From assembly GCA_030018275.1 (NCBI GenBank), contig JASEGB010000001.1:4380-68379 (forward strand): DNA of 64,000 bases, written 5' to 3'. Numbering within the stretch: the stretch's first letter is position 1; each line of letters opens with the position of its first letter. Below, in pieces: positions 49,964 through 59,511 of the stretch. The notes beneath the pieces are model-generated. The model was not told the DNA's origin. It saw only the letters and a program-made list of their open reading frames with translations, and did no database searches. A program made the position numbers and the translations under genes. The stretch is from Actinomycetota bacterium. Its GTDB lineage: Bacteria; Actinomycetota; Aquicultoria; Subteraquimicrobiales; Subteraquimicrobiaceae.

Positions 49964-50686
49964 TTAGTATTCGGCTAAAATTGTTTGACCCCCGTAGACC
50001 TGTTCACCGCATCTTACCTTAAAGTCCAAATTTTCCTTCCCTGTCCGGGGAGGCAAAATTATGAGATCAACCTGCGAACCACGCTCGATGAAGGAAAGCT
50101 TTTGCCCGATTTTTAAGAATTCTCCCTCTCTAACGAAACAAGTGATCTTATTGACGAATCTGTCCGCTATCTCCACGACGATGACGGAAATATCCTTGCC
50201 TTCCAGGACTAGGACGTTGCGCTCGTTGAAAAAGTGAAATTTTTTAGCGAATAAATCTACCACTCTCCGAAAAAATACAAGGTTAATATATTCCCACAAA
50301 TCGACCATGGGTAAATTTACCCTGGCTGGGATGTAGAGGACCTTTTTCACCATTCCGGCAATGGGTGAATAATTGAAATGCACATCTAAGGGAGACATAT
50401 AGATGCCCACCAGCCAACCATTTTTGATTTCTTCATCCATCCCCAGTTTCGTGATCTCCCCTAATTTGATCCACTGGTCCAATTTCCTCGAATGAACCTC
50501 ACCTCCTGTTATCTTTTCTATATATAATACCCTTCCATCGGCAGGGGAGACGATTACGCCTTCCTTCCCAGGTGGGGTCCTCAAAGGGTCTCTATAGAAC
50601 CACACCTTCCTCAAATAGAAGTAAGCTCCGAAGATTAAGATTACGAAAAAAAGAACAGACGAAATAATCCAATTCGAAACGTACAA
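49964..50686 (-). CDS. Phosphatidylserine decarboxylase-related pyruvoyl proenzyme
   Basis: N-terminal TM. PSD-family core with a C-terminal ...FIERGSQVDLII processing-site region (GS-Q rather than canonical GST). Confidence 0.5.
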   Translation of the reverse strand: MYVSNWIISSVLFFVILIFGAYFYLRKVWFYRDPLRTPPGKEGVIVSPADGRVLYIEKITGGEVHSRKLDQWIKLGEITKLGMDEEIKNGWLVGIYMSPLDVHFNYSPIAGMVKKVLYIPARVNLPMVDLWEYINLVFFRRVVDLFAKKFHFFNERNVLVLEGKDISVIVVEIADRFVNKITCFVREGEFLKIGQKLSFIERGSQVDLIILPPRTGKENLDFKVRCGEQVYGGQTILAEY

Positions 50687-50721
50687 TTAGAAATCACTCC
50701 GCCCATAACCATTTAACCTGT

Positions 50722-51726
50722 TCACCATTCCCTCCATGCCTTCCAAAGGCAATAGGGTAACTTCGGTATGTAATAACCCAAAAACCCGGCGCAAATTTTG
50801 AGTGGACTTTCCCAAGATGCGTCTCCGTGTTCCTTCTCCGGAAGGGATCTAGATTCGAAAATACCAGTTCTATAAGCGTTGTCTAAAGCTGAGTAGGTTC
50901 TCAATAGACCATTCCGTTCGAAATAGCTCTTTACTTGATCCGAAGGGGTACTTAAAAACAGCTCTTTGGGTACACGATATAGCTCCATCAGCTCATCGTA
51001 AATCTCATCCAAAGATCTATCATATCCATGTACCGCGATTTGAAATCTAAGCTCATTATATCGGGCGATGTCGGACTCGAAATTCCTTTGGGAATCGACT
51101 ATGGTCTTTATCGCTTTAACCAGCGTCCTGATCCTCCCTAAATCCCAAATGGGGTCAAATATCCTAATCTCTATGGTGCCCAATCTTTTAGCCAAAATTA
51201 TATCCTGAAATCTATACTCCCAATCCGATCTCAAGCAACCTATGGCAAAAGATTTGGCAATTCTAAAGGATTGACCGAAATATTTTCCCCCGGCATAGGG
51301 AGAATTGACCGTGAGGAGGGCGAGCAGAGGGAGAAAATGGACGAGATTTTTGTGAACACGCTGTTGGTCCTTCACACCACCGATGTGAATTTGCAAGGCA
51401 CAGGTGTTGGTAGGAGCTTCGTAGCTTATGAGGTGACCCAGAGGAATTATTAAGCCCTGGCACATGTCCATCAAATCTTTTCTGCGAGAGGCAAGGTCTT
51501 CAATGAGGGAGTCGACATCCTGATGCATGGAGGTGCTGATCTCTATTCCGCTCATCAGACCCTGTCTTATATCCCTTCCCCGAGCAAAATTGGAGGCTGT
51601 ATGAAAGTAGTAGAATCGGGGATCTTTCCAGAGCAGCCTAGCCAGATAGTAAAGGGATCTAAGGGTTGGTTTTTCCGGCTCTACAATGAAAACTTCTTCT
51701 TCGATACCGAAGATCGCATTTTTCAT
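50722..51726 (-). CDS. Glutamate--cysteine ligase family 2 (YbdK-type carboxylate-amine ligase)
   Basis: IFGIEEEVFIV N-terminal motif and GCS2 fold. Confidence 0.6.
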   Translation of the reverse strand: MKNAIFGIEEEVFIVEPEKPTLRSLYYLARLLWKDPRFYYFHTASNFARGRDIRQGLMSGIEISTSMHQDVDSLIEDLASRRKDLMDMCQGLIIPLGHLISYEAPTNTCALQIHIGGVKDQQRVHKNLVHFLPLLALLTVNSPYAGGKYFGQSFRIAKSFAIGCLRSDWEYRFQDIILAKRLGTIEIRIFDPIWDLGRIRTLVKAIKTIVDSQRNFESDIARYNELRFQIAVHGYDRSLDEIYDELMELYRVPKELFLSTPSDQVKSYFERNGLLRTYSALDNAYRTGIFESRSLPEKEHGDASWESPLKICAGFLGYYIPKLPYCLWKAWREW

Positions 51727-51763
51727 GATCTCACCTCACGGTCAACACTTTAAACTCGTCCAC

Positions 51764-52201
51764 CTAATTCAGCTCTTCCTCTGTTAATATCTTGACTCCT
51801 TCCCTCCTCAGCAGGGAAGCGGTCACACCATTTCCCTTCCTTAAATTATTGGTGAAAGTACCATCGTAAATTCGCCCAAAGCCGCAAGAGGGACTTCTCG
51901 CCTTAAGGATAGCCGCCCTTGCCCCAACCAATTTTGCCAATTTAAGAACCTCGTGAGCTCCTTTTATGCACTGAGTGGTCACATCCACACCCTCTTTGGT
52001 GAAAACACCAGTTCTTCCACCGAGAACATCCTCTCCACTTCCATCCCGAATTTCCATGGGTAAGCGCGGTGTAGGAAGTCCCCCCAACTGTTCAGGGCAA
52101 ACGGGGATGGCCCTGCCTTGACTGACTAGTCTTTGCACCTTCCCCAGAAGCTTGTTTTTCCCATCGTATCTACAATTTATGCCCACCAAACAGGCACTCA
52201 C
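51764..52201 (-). CDS. DUF523 domain protein
   Basis: SACLVGINCRYDG motif. Start moved to the GTG at 52201 because the upstream region is CGTCCCT heptad repeats. Confidence 0.55.
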   Translation of the reverse strand: MSACLVGINCRYDGKNKLLGKVQRLVSQGRAIPVCPEQLGGLPTPRLPMEIRDGSGEDVLGGRTGVFTKEGVDVTTQCIKGAHEVLKLAKLVGARAAILKARSPSCGFGRIYDGTFTNNLRKGNGVTASLLRREGVKILTEEELN

Positions 52202-52208
52202 TATGTAT

Positions 52209-52236
52209 CGTCCCTCGTCCCTCGTCCCTCGATTCC
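52209..52236. repeat. Tandem heptad (CGTCCCT)x3 upstream of the DUF523 gene; further GTGAACG-type heptads at 52268-52298
   Basis: cgtccct cgtccct cgtccct cgattcc; then gtgaacg gtgagcc gtgaacc atgaacc. Confidence 0.8.
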
Positions 52237-52299
52237 CCTCACACCCTTTTGTGGAAGATATCTTTCTGTGAACGGTGAGCCGTGAACCATGAACCTCCA

Positions 52300-52965
52300 T
52301 CATGCCTCCCAATACACCCGGCTCAGCCCTTCAATCTTAGAGAGCCCTTTTGTGACCTCTTCAGAATGCACACCCGAAGGCATTTCGACAATCAATTTAA
52401 TGGTGCAAGTCTTCCGCTCTTCATCGCACTCCAAATCCACATCCTTTATATTCACACCCAACTCGCCCAGAGTGGAGCCAACCTTTCCCAACTGTCCGGG
52501 TCGATCCTCCGAGATCATGGTCAAAACTCGCCGACCCTTTAAGATTCGCAACTCAACTTCCTTAAAGACGGAGAGAACGATGAGTGTCAAAACGGTGGCC
52601 GCCAAAGCTGGAACATAAAAACCAATCCCCACAGCCAATCCTATTGCCGCCACTCCCCAGACGCTTGCAGCCGTCGTTAAGCCCCGTACAATGCTCCCTT
52701 GTTGAATAATGGCACCCGCTCCCAAGAAGCCGATGCCCACGACGACCGCCGCGGCGATTCGACTTGTGTCCACATATGGCTTTCCGGAGAAGGGATAAAC
52801 GGATACCAGCATGAACAAGGTTGAGGCCATACAAACCAAAACGTGGGTGCGCAAACCAGCTGGCTTCTCAGCTCTTTCCCGCTGGTAGCCTATGATGCCG
52901 CCGAGGAAGGTGGCTAGAACTAACCTTATAACAACTTCTACAATCCCAATCCCAATCCCAATCAT
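52300..52965 (-). CDS. mgtC: MgtC/SapB family membrane protein with C-terminal ACT-like domain
   Basis: MgtC N-terminal TM domain (RLVLATFLGGIIGYQRE). The N-terminus IGIGIGI is encoded by an (aatccc)3 hexamer repeat. Confidence 0.7.
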   Translation of the reverse strand: MIGIGIGIVEVVIRLVLATFLGGIIGYQRERAEKPAGLRTHVLVCMASTLFMLVSVYPFSGKPYVDTSRIAAAVVVGIGFLGAGAIIQQGSIVRGLTTAASVWGVAAIGLAVGIGFYVPALAATVLTLIVLSVFKEVELRILKGRRVLTMISEDRPGQLGKVGSTLGELGVNIKDVDLECDEERKTCTIKLIVEMPSGVHSEEVTKGLSKIEGLSRVYWEA

Positions 52966-53313
52966 TTATAATGCCCCCTTTAAACTCCGAACACATGAGT
53001 CAGAAGAATTTTAGCTCTCTCCCATGAACCATGTCCCCTAGCCATGGACCCTTGACCCTTTTTACCAACTTACCTCGTAACTATGATACAACACTTCGAC
53101 CGCCACCATCCATTTTCGATTTAATTAGGAAAAATTCTCCAACCTTCCATGGATTCCTGTATATAAGAAGGATAAATTGTCCCCTCGAATGTCTAAGATG
53201 TAAACCTGACTCGTTAATAGTCAAAATTAAATCATAAGGGAATCTTCGTAAAAAAGTTCGGTTATCCTCAAATTTGGGTTGAAATTTTTCCGCCTAGTTG
53301 ATAAGCTATTTTT

Positions 53314-53327
53314 CGAACAGCTGTTCG
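53314..53327. promoter_or_regulatory. Cheo box (LexA operator) CGAACAGCTGTTCG upstream of sbcDC
   Basis: Perfect CGAAC-N4-GTTCG within a 22-nt palindrome (tttcgaacagctgttcgaaa), 17 nt before the sbcD start. TTGATA -35-like hexamer 10 nt upstream. Confidence 0.55.
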
Positions 53328-53343
53328 AAAAAATAAAAAATAT

Positions 53344-54639
53344 ATGGGGATGGTGTCATTGAACTCAGTTAGGATCCTACACTTTGCCGATCTACATCTT
53401 GGAATGGAAAATTACGGCAAGATAGATTCCGCCACGGGACTCAATCAGCGCATCTTGGATTTCCTGAAATCCTTCTCTACCTGTGTGGATTACGCTCTCG
53501 AGAATGATATAGCTCTGGTAATCTTTGCGGGGGATGCCTATCGCACGAAAAATCCCTCCCCAACCCTACAAAGGGAGTTTGCAAAACAAATAAGGAGGCT
53601 CACCCGGGCGGGAATAAAGGTTCTGCTATTGGTGGGAAACCACGATGTTCCAAATACCGAAAAACACGCACACTCCCTGGCGGTCTTCGATGCCCTAGAG
53701 GTAGAGGGGGTAATCGTAGCCAGAGACTCAAGGGTCCACATCATCGACACCCATCAAGGAAGGGTCCAGGTGGCAACCCTCCCCCATTTCCCCAAGAGCC
53801 AACTTCTAAAACTCGATGAATACAAGGATAAGACGGTCGAGGAGATAAATCAGATCATGGCCAAGGAGATCGAGTCTGTTGTGGATCATCTGGCAACCGA
53901 AGTGAGAAAAAATTCCGAAATTCCCTCGATACTTGCCGCTCACATTAGCGTATCCACGGCAAAGCTTGGCTCTGAGCAGAGCATCATGGTGGGAAATGAT
54001 CTTACCATATCACCCAGCGCTTTGCTTAAAGATGAATGGGATTATATCGCTTTGGGACATATCCATCGCCACCAAGTGTTGGAGGAATCGCCTCTCATGG
54101 TCTACTCGGGAAGCATAGAAAGGATAGACTTTGGTGAAGAAAAGGAGGATAAGGGCTTCTGCGTCATCGACCTGCCCCGATTCCATCGGGGCAGGTCCAA
54201 AAACGGTGCAACCCCTGCCTGTCGGCAGACACGGTACAAATTCGAAAAGACACCGGCGAGAGAATTCTTAAGCCTTGATATCCAATGCCTTACGACCAAT
54301 CCTACCTTGGAGGTCCTTAGGTTAATTGCCGAGCACAATGTCAAGGACACCGTGATCAGGGTGATGATAAAAGTCCCTCCGCACTTAAGACATCTGGTTC
54401 AAAGGGATGAAATTCTTAAAAGCCTTTCCTCCGCTCATTACATTGCCTACGTGGATGTCGAATCCTTAGGCGAGAATGTTCGAACGAGGAATCCCAACTT
54501 GACCGAGTCCGCGGGACCTCTCGTGGCCCTTGAAGAATACATCTTATCGAGGGAAGAACTCAAAGAAAGGAGAGATGAGCTCCTTAAATTCGCTGGGGAG
54601 CTCATCGGCGAACTCCAGCAAGTCCGCAACGTACCTTGA
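53344..54639 (+). CDS. sbcD: DNA repair exonuclease SbcD (Mre11 family)
   Basis: Calcineurin-like phosphoesterase motifs (ILHFADLHLG, GDAYR, GNHD, GHIH). Confidence 0.85.
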   Translation: MGMVSLNSVRILHFADLHLGMENYGKIDSATGLNQRILDFLKSFSTCVDYALENDIALVIFAGDAYRTKNPSPTLQREFAKQIRRLTRAGIKVLLLVGNHDVPNTEKHAHSLAVFDALEVEGVIVARDSRVHIIDTHQGRVQVATLPHFPKSQLLKLDEYKDKTVEEINQIMAKEIESVVDHLATEVRKNSEIPSILAAHISVSTAKLGSEQSIMVGNDLTISPSALLKDEWDYIALGHIHRHQVLEESPLMVYSGSIERIDFGEEKEDKGFCVIDLPRFHRGRSKNGATPACRQTRYKFEKTPAREFLSLDIQCLTTNPTLEVLRLIAEHNVKDTVIRVMIKVPPHLRHLVQRDEILKSLSSAHYIAYVDVESLGENVRTRNPNLTESAGPLVALEEYILSREELKERRDELLKFAGELIGELQQVRNVP

Positions 54640-54655
54640 GGAGTGCGATGAACCC

Positions 54656-57253
54656 ATGATCCCGGTGGAACTTCGGCTAACCAACTTCATGAGCTACAAA
54701 TACATGCCAGAACCATTGAGCTTTTCTAACATCCACACGACCTGTCTTTCGGGTCCCAACGGACACGGCAAATCCGCTCTCCTCGATGCGATCACCTGGT
54801 GTCTCTGGGGAAGGGCTCGAGGAGTGGATAGGCGCGGGTTGGGTGTCGATGATCTCATCCACCTCCACGAAGATCACATGCAGGTCGAGTTCACCTTTGA
54901 ACTCGAAAATCAAAGATACAGGGTCATTCGATCTCGGGCAAGGGCAGGACGGGGTTCAACGAGGTTAGAATTCCAGATCTTGGATGTCCTGAAGGACGAA
55001 CCTTCAGGGCGGGCCTGGCAATCTTTGACCGCTGATACGATCCATGAGACCCAGGAGAAAATCAACAATATTTTGCGCATGGATTATGAAACCTTCGTTA
55101 ATTCAGCCTTCATCCTCCAAGGCAAAACCGATAGTTTTACCACCAAAAATCCCAACCAAAGGAAGGAAATCCTCGCAGATATCCTTGGTCTTTCCTTCTA
55201 CGATGAACTGGAAGAGAGAGCGAAAGAACGCAAAAGGGAACGAGAGAAGGATGTGCAAATCTCAAATGTCCAAATCCAAAGAATAAATGAGGAATTAGCC
55301 AAGGAAGACGAATACAAAAGGGAAATCGAATCTTTGACCCGCAAACTTGGGTGTCTTCAAGGTGATATCGCCGCCCATGAGGAAAATTTAGGACGCTTAA
55401 GGGAACAGAAGGTGAAATTGGAGAGTAAAATTTGTGAGGCTAAAGAGCTTAAGATGAGGATGTCCCAACTTAAGAAGGGACTGGAAACCATCGAGACTCA
55501 AATTCAGCGATGCCGGAAGGAGATCGAGCGAGCTCAAGAGCTCATCGTCGATGCAGAGCGCATTAGGGAAGGTCATCGTGAGCTCAAAGACTCAAGAGCT
55601 CTTGAAGAAAAACTCGCCGAAAAATCCCGCCGCCAAAATGAAATTCTAAATGCCATGCGGGAGACGGAGAGAACTTATGTCCAAAGCCGAAGCGCTCTTG
55701 AGGCCAAGATCGAGAATTTAAAGAGAAAGGAGATGGAGCTTTCCCTCGATGCTTCGGAGATAAAAGCCCTGGAACAGAAATTGAAGAAAATCGAGGAAGA
55801 GCTAGCCCTTCTAAAGGAAAAAGAGGAAAGGCTGGAGACCTTAAGAGAGGATTTTTTGAATCTTCAACGGAGAAAGTCTCAAGTTACAAGCGAGAGTGAG
55901 ACATTAAAAGAAAAACTGAAGACCACCGAAGAAAAGATAGAACTGCTGGGAAGCCTTCCTGAAGCCACGTGCCCCCTTTGTAAAAAGGAACTTACCGATG
56001 CAGAACGCGAGAATCTTCTAGGCCAATTCAAAGAAGAATTAGAGCGATACCTCATCTCATTGAAGGATAATACCTCAACACTTGAGCAAATCGAGGAAAG
56101 ACTTGAGATTTTAGAAGAGATCGGGGTGACCATCAGGAAAGATCTAGGGGTTAAAGAAGCAATCTTAAATGCGCGAACCGAAACGTGTATGCAACTTCAG
56201 AAGGCAAAAGAAGCGGAGGAGGCTTTGAAAACCTTATGTTTGGAACGGGAAAATTCACAAAGGCAACTGGATACCGGGGAATTCGCTAAAGGAGTCTTAG
56301 CAAAGTTAGAAGAGTTTAAGACCGAGCTCAAAAAATTGAATTATAACCCCGACGAGCATGGGGACTTGAGAGAAAAAATTAAAGAGCTTTTACCTTATGA
56401 GCAAAAGCTGTTTCAACTGGATAACGCCTTGACAAAGATGGAATCCTTCAAGGAAACCCTGCATACCTTTGAATCACAAAAACAAGAAAAGATCGAGATC
56501 CTCAAAGGAGACAGAGAAAAAGAAACCCGGCTTCTCGAAGAGACAAACCGGTTGCCCGAACTGGAAAGACAGATATGCTTAAGGGAAAAAGAACTTGAGG
56601 AATTAAAGAAAGCGGAAAGGGAATTCTCCAATCGAATCGCAATCAACCAAGAATTTTTGAAAAATTGCCAAAATAAGCTCGTAGAAAAAGGGGAACTCGT
56701 TAAAGAGCGAGATCGATGTTTAAGCGAAATTGCCATCTACTCCGATCTGGCCACGGCCTTTGGCAAAAAGGGGATTCAGGCTCTCATCATCGAAAATGCC
56801 ATTCCGGAGATTGAAGACGAAGCCAATAAACTTCTCCACAAACTCACAAATGGACGATTTAATGTGCGGTTTAGAACGCAAAGGAATCAGAAAACGGGCG
56901 GTATCATTGAAACCCTGGATCTAATCATTTCCGATGGAGAACTCGGTGATAGAAAATATGAGCTCTTCAGCGGCGGCGAGGCCTTTAGGATCAACTTCGC
57001 CATCAGGATTGCTTTATCCAAATTATTGGCCAAAAGAGCTGGCGCCAAGCTGGAAACCCTGGTCATCGATGAAGGTTTTGGTACACAAGACAACGAGGGG
57101 AGAGACAGACTCGTCGAAGCGATTTCCACAATAAAAGATGACTTTAAAAAGATAATCGTGGTCACACACTTGGAAGACTTAAGGGAAATGTTCCCCAACA
57201 GAATTGAAATCACCAAAAAACTTGGGTATGGTTCAATGGCTAAGGTGATTTAG
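54656..57253 (+). CDS. sbcC: DNA repair ATPase SbcC (Rad50 family)
   Basis: N-terminal Walker A GPNGHGKSALLDAI. Long coiled coil with the CPLC zinc hook. C-terminal LSGGE signature plus Walker B (LVIDEGFG). Start at MIPVEL with a GAGGAG RBS. Confidence 0.85.
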   Translation: MIPVELRLTNFMSYKYMPEPLSFSNIHTTCLSGPNGHGKSALLDAITWCLWGRARGVDRRGLGVDDLIHLHEDHMQVEFTFELENQRYRVIRSRARAGRGSTRLEFQILDVLKDEPSGRAWQSLTADTIHETQEKINNILRMDYETFVNSAFILQGKTDSFTTKNPNQRKEILADILGLSFYDELEERAKERKREREKDVQISNVQIQRINEELAKEDEYKREIESLTRKLGCLQGDIAAHEENLGRLREQKVKLESKICEAKELKMRMSQLKKGLETIETQIQRCRKEIERAQELIVDAERIREGHRELKDSRALEEKLAEKSRRQNEILNAMRETERTYVQSRSALEAKIENLKRKEMELSLDASEIKALEQKLKKIEEELALLKEKEERLETLREDFLNLQRRKSQVTSESETLKEKLKTTEEKIELLGSLPEATCPLCKKELTDAERENLLGQFKEELERYLISLKDNTSTLEQIEERLEILEEIGVTIRKDLGVKEAILNARTETCMQLQKAKEAEEALKTLCLERENSQRQLDTGEFAKGVLAKLEEFKTELKKLNYNPDEHGDLREKIKELLPYEQKLFQLDNALTKMESFKETLHTFESQKQEKIEILKGDREKETRLLEETNRLPELERQICLREKELEELKKAEREFSNRIAINQEFLKNCQNKLVEKGELVKERDRCLSEIAIYSDLATAFGKKGIQALIIENAIPEIEDEANKLLHKLTNGRFNVRFRTQRNQKTGGIIETLDLIISDGELGDRKYELFSGGEAFRINFAIRIALSKLLAKRAGAKLETLVIDEGFGTQDNEGRDRLVEAISTIKDDFKKIIVVTHLEDLREMFPNRIEITKKLGYGSMAKVI

Positions 57254-57337
57254 GATATAGGTAAGGAGTATGTAAGGCAGCTGAAATTGTTGAGTCGCAG
57301 CTAAATCCCATTAGGATGGGGACAATTTACGACCCAT

Positions 57338-57805
57338 CTATAGTTTCCCCGATTTTTTAACCCAGGAAGGACAGGTCTTCTGAAGACCGTGCTTACTATC
57401 GGAGACCTCAAGGGGTATCAAATTTAAATTACACTTTCCCGAAAAATGACGACACTTAAGACAACCCGACCAGGAGATATGCCAAGGGATGGTCTTGAGA
57501 TGAGCTAAATACTCTTTGAAATGTTGAGGCAACAAATCTTGAAATTTCTCTCGGGCTTCGATCATGCGATCAAAATCTATGGCTGAACACAACTCCGAGA
57601 GAAGACAAAGTCGAGTCAACAATTCAAGGCGCTTGGATTTATCTTGGCGCTTGTTTAATTCACTGACGAGTTTATCTATCTCCTTCTCCAAGATGGAAAT
57701 TTGCTCCCCTACATCCTCGCTCTTCCTCATGAGTTTCTTTTGAATTTTTCCTATTTTTTCAGCTTTCTGCCAATTCCTTCTCGATATCCAAAAGATATCC
57801 CTCAC
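57338..57805 (-). CDS. Hypothetical coiled-coil protein with C-terminal Cys cluster
   Basis: ORF only. C-terminal CLKCRHFSGKCNL...C. Possibly translationally coupled to the translin-like gene upstream (4-nt overlap). Confidence 0.3.
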   Translation of the reverse strand: MRDIFWISRRNWQKAEKIGKIQKKLMRKSEDVGEQISILEKEIDKLVSELNKRQDKSKRLELLTRLCLLSELCSAIDFDRMIEAREKFQDLLPQHFKEYLAHLKTIPWHISWSGCLKCRHFSGKCNLNLIPLEVSDSKHGLQKTCPSWVKKSGKL

Positions 57806-58434
57806 TTCTTCTTTAGTCCCTCTTCCAATCTGGCAATCGATTTTTGGAGCTCGCTCTGGCGGAGGGCTGTGGTCAAATCGCCGCGCGTTTTCTGGATTAT
57901 GGATTGAGCAATGTCAGCGGTTCTCCTTAAGCCGCGGGTGATAGCCTCCGGATAATCGAATGAAACCAACGCGTAGTACAGGTCGTCCATGACTTTAAGC
58001 AATTCTTCACCCCGCTTGAGATTACCCTCCCTGATGATGTCCAAGATATGTCTTCTTAGCTCCCCGATCGCTTCGCCCAATCCATTGAGGAATTGTGGAT
58101 ACCCGACACCAATCTCATCTGGATCGGGCAGGGATCCCCCATGAATTAAAGCTAAAGTGACCATGGCTTCAGCATACTCCTTTTGGGCATCTTGAAAAAA
58201 CCCAGCATAATAGATATCTTTGTGCTCCTTGAGTAAATTCTCGGCTTTATCCAAAGCCTCCTTCACCTCAACCAGCAACTCCTCGGCCTCTGAAAATTCG
58301 CCCCGATGGATGGCTCTTATGGCGTTGCTGGAAGCCCTAATGGCTTGACGAGAAAAGGAAAGTCCCTTTTCCCTGGCTAAATTCTTGGAGTCGAAATTCT
58401 CCCGAATTTTTGTGCAAATTTGCGCCAAACCCAT
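57802..58434 (-). CDS. Translin-family protein
   Basis: All-helical. YYAGFFQDAQKEYAEAM...LGEAIGELRRHILD...LRRTADIAQSI matches the Translin family pattern (QEYVEA / GELRR / LRxKxD). Confidence 0.45.
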   Translation of the reverse strand: MGLAQICTKIRENFDSKNLAREKGLSFSRQAIRASSNAIRAIHRGEFSEAEELLVEVKEALDKAENLLKEHKDIYYAGFFQDAQKEYAEAMVTLALIHGGSLPDPDEIGVGYPQFLNGLGEAIGELRRHILDIIREGNLKRGEELLKVMDDLYYALVSFDYPEAITRGLRRTADIAQSIIQKTRGDLTTALRQSELQKSIARLEEGLKKK

Positions 58435-58452
58435 CGATATTCCCCCTTAAGA

Positions 58453-59358
58453 CTAATGAATTTTATGAAGACCTTTCCTTCGCTTCACTTCGGTTAAAAT
58501 ATCCCTCAACTCTAAAAGGCTAAAAACATATTCTTCATTACAGAAATTGCACCACATCTCCACCTCCCGTTTTTTGAACAACATATCCTCAACTTCCTTT
58601 ATCCCCAAAGCAATCAGAGCCTCCCTACACTTCTCCTTTGAGCACCTACATTTAAATTGAATATTCTTTATCTGATTGATATTCAAAGTAAAACCCTTCA
58701 ACACTTTCTGTAGCATCCCTTCGGGTGTTTTCTCCTCAAGAAGGAGCTGGCTACAGGAGGGCAAATTTTTCAAATTTTCCTCGATCTCACCGATGACTTC
58801 CTCGCTCACGCCAGCTACAGGCTGAATGAGAAATCCCCCTGCGACTTTAACGGAGTTATCCTCATCAACCATGACACCCAAGACAGTCGCCGACGGTTGC
58901 TGTTCCGAAACGGCGAAATAATGGGTGATATCCTTGGCAATTTCTCCCGAAATCAAGGGCACGCATCCCGTATAGGGTTCTTTCAAACCCAAATCCTTAA
59001 CCACACAAAGCACTCCTTCTTTTCCCATAGCCCTGGCCACATCCAACTTTCCTCCTCGAATCGGAAGGTGAATATGAGGTCTTCTTACAAAGCCGCGGAC
59101 ATTCCCCATAGCATCCGCCTCAACCACTATCTCCTCCAAAGGTCCATTACACAAAATTTGAATTGTCAGCTTTTGGGGAGGCTGCAATAAACTGCCCATC
59201 AGTACACCAGCGGTGAGAGTCCGACCTAAAGCGGCGGTTGCCGTGGGATAAGTCCTATGTTTTCTTCGGGCTTCTTCCACCAAATTTGTGGTTATGGCAG
59301 CTACTGCTCCCAAACCTTCAGGGGTAACGGCTCTCACTAAATAATCCCTCAAATACAT
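58453..59358 (-). CDS. hslO: Hsp33 redox-regulated chaperone
   Basis: Hsp33 N-domain plus the C-terminal zinc centre CRCS...CNFC. Confidence 0.85.
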   Translation of the reverse strand: MYLRDYLVRAVTPEGLGAVAAITTNLVEEARRKHRTYPTATAALGRTLTAGVLMGSLLQPPQKLTIQILCNGPLEEIVVEADAMGNVRGFVRRPHIHLPIRGGKLDVARAMGKEGVLCVVKDLGLKEPYTGCVPLISGEIAKDITHYFAVSEQQPSATVLGVMVDEDNSVKVAGGFLIQPVAGVSEEVIGEIEENLKNLPSCSQLLLEEKTPEGMLQKVLKGFTLNINQIKNIQFKCRCSKEKCREALIALGIKEVEDMLFKKREVEMWCNFCNEEYVFSLLELRDILTEVKRRKGLHKIH

Positions 59359-59381
59359 CCCACTTCCCTAAACAAATCTGA

Positions 59382-59401
59382 CCTGCCTGCCGGTAGGCAG
59401 G
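59382..59401. repeat. Second copy of the CCTGCCTGCCGG(C/T)AGGCAGG palindromic element
   Basis: One mismatch versus the copy at 46220. Confidence 0.7.
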
Positions 59402-59469
59402 GCTCCCGAGCTTCAGAGCTATGAGCTTTACATGGTTCACCGTAAAAATTAAGTGTTGCCAATGCGCAT

Positions 59470-59511
59470 GAACCTTACACCTTGAACCTTCAACCTCGAA
59501 CCTAGAACCTA
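59470..59511. repeat. Heptads gaacctt acacctt gaacctt caacctc gaaccta gaaccta
   Basis: Direct reading. Upstream of hslO. Confidence 0.8.
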
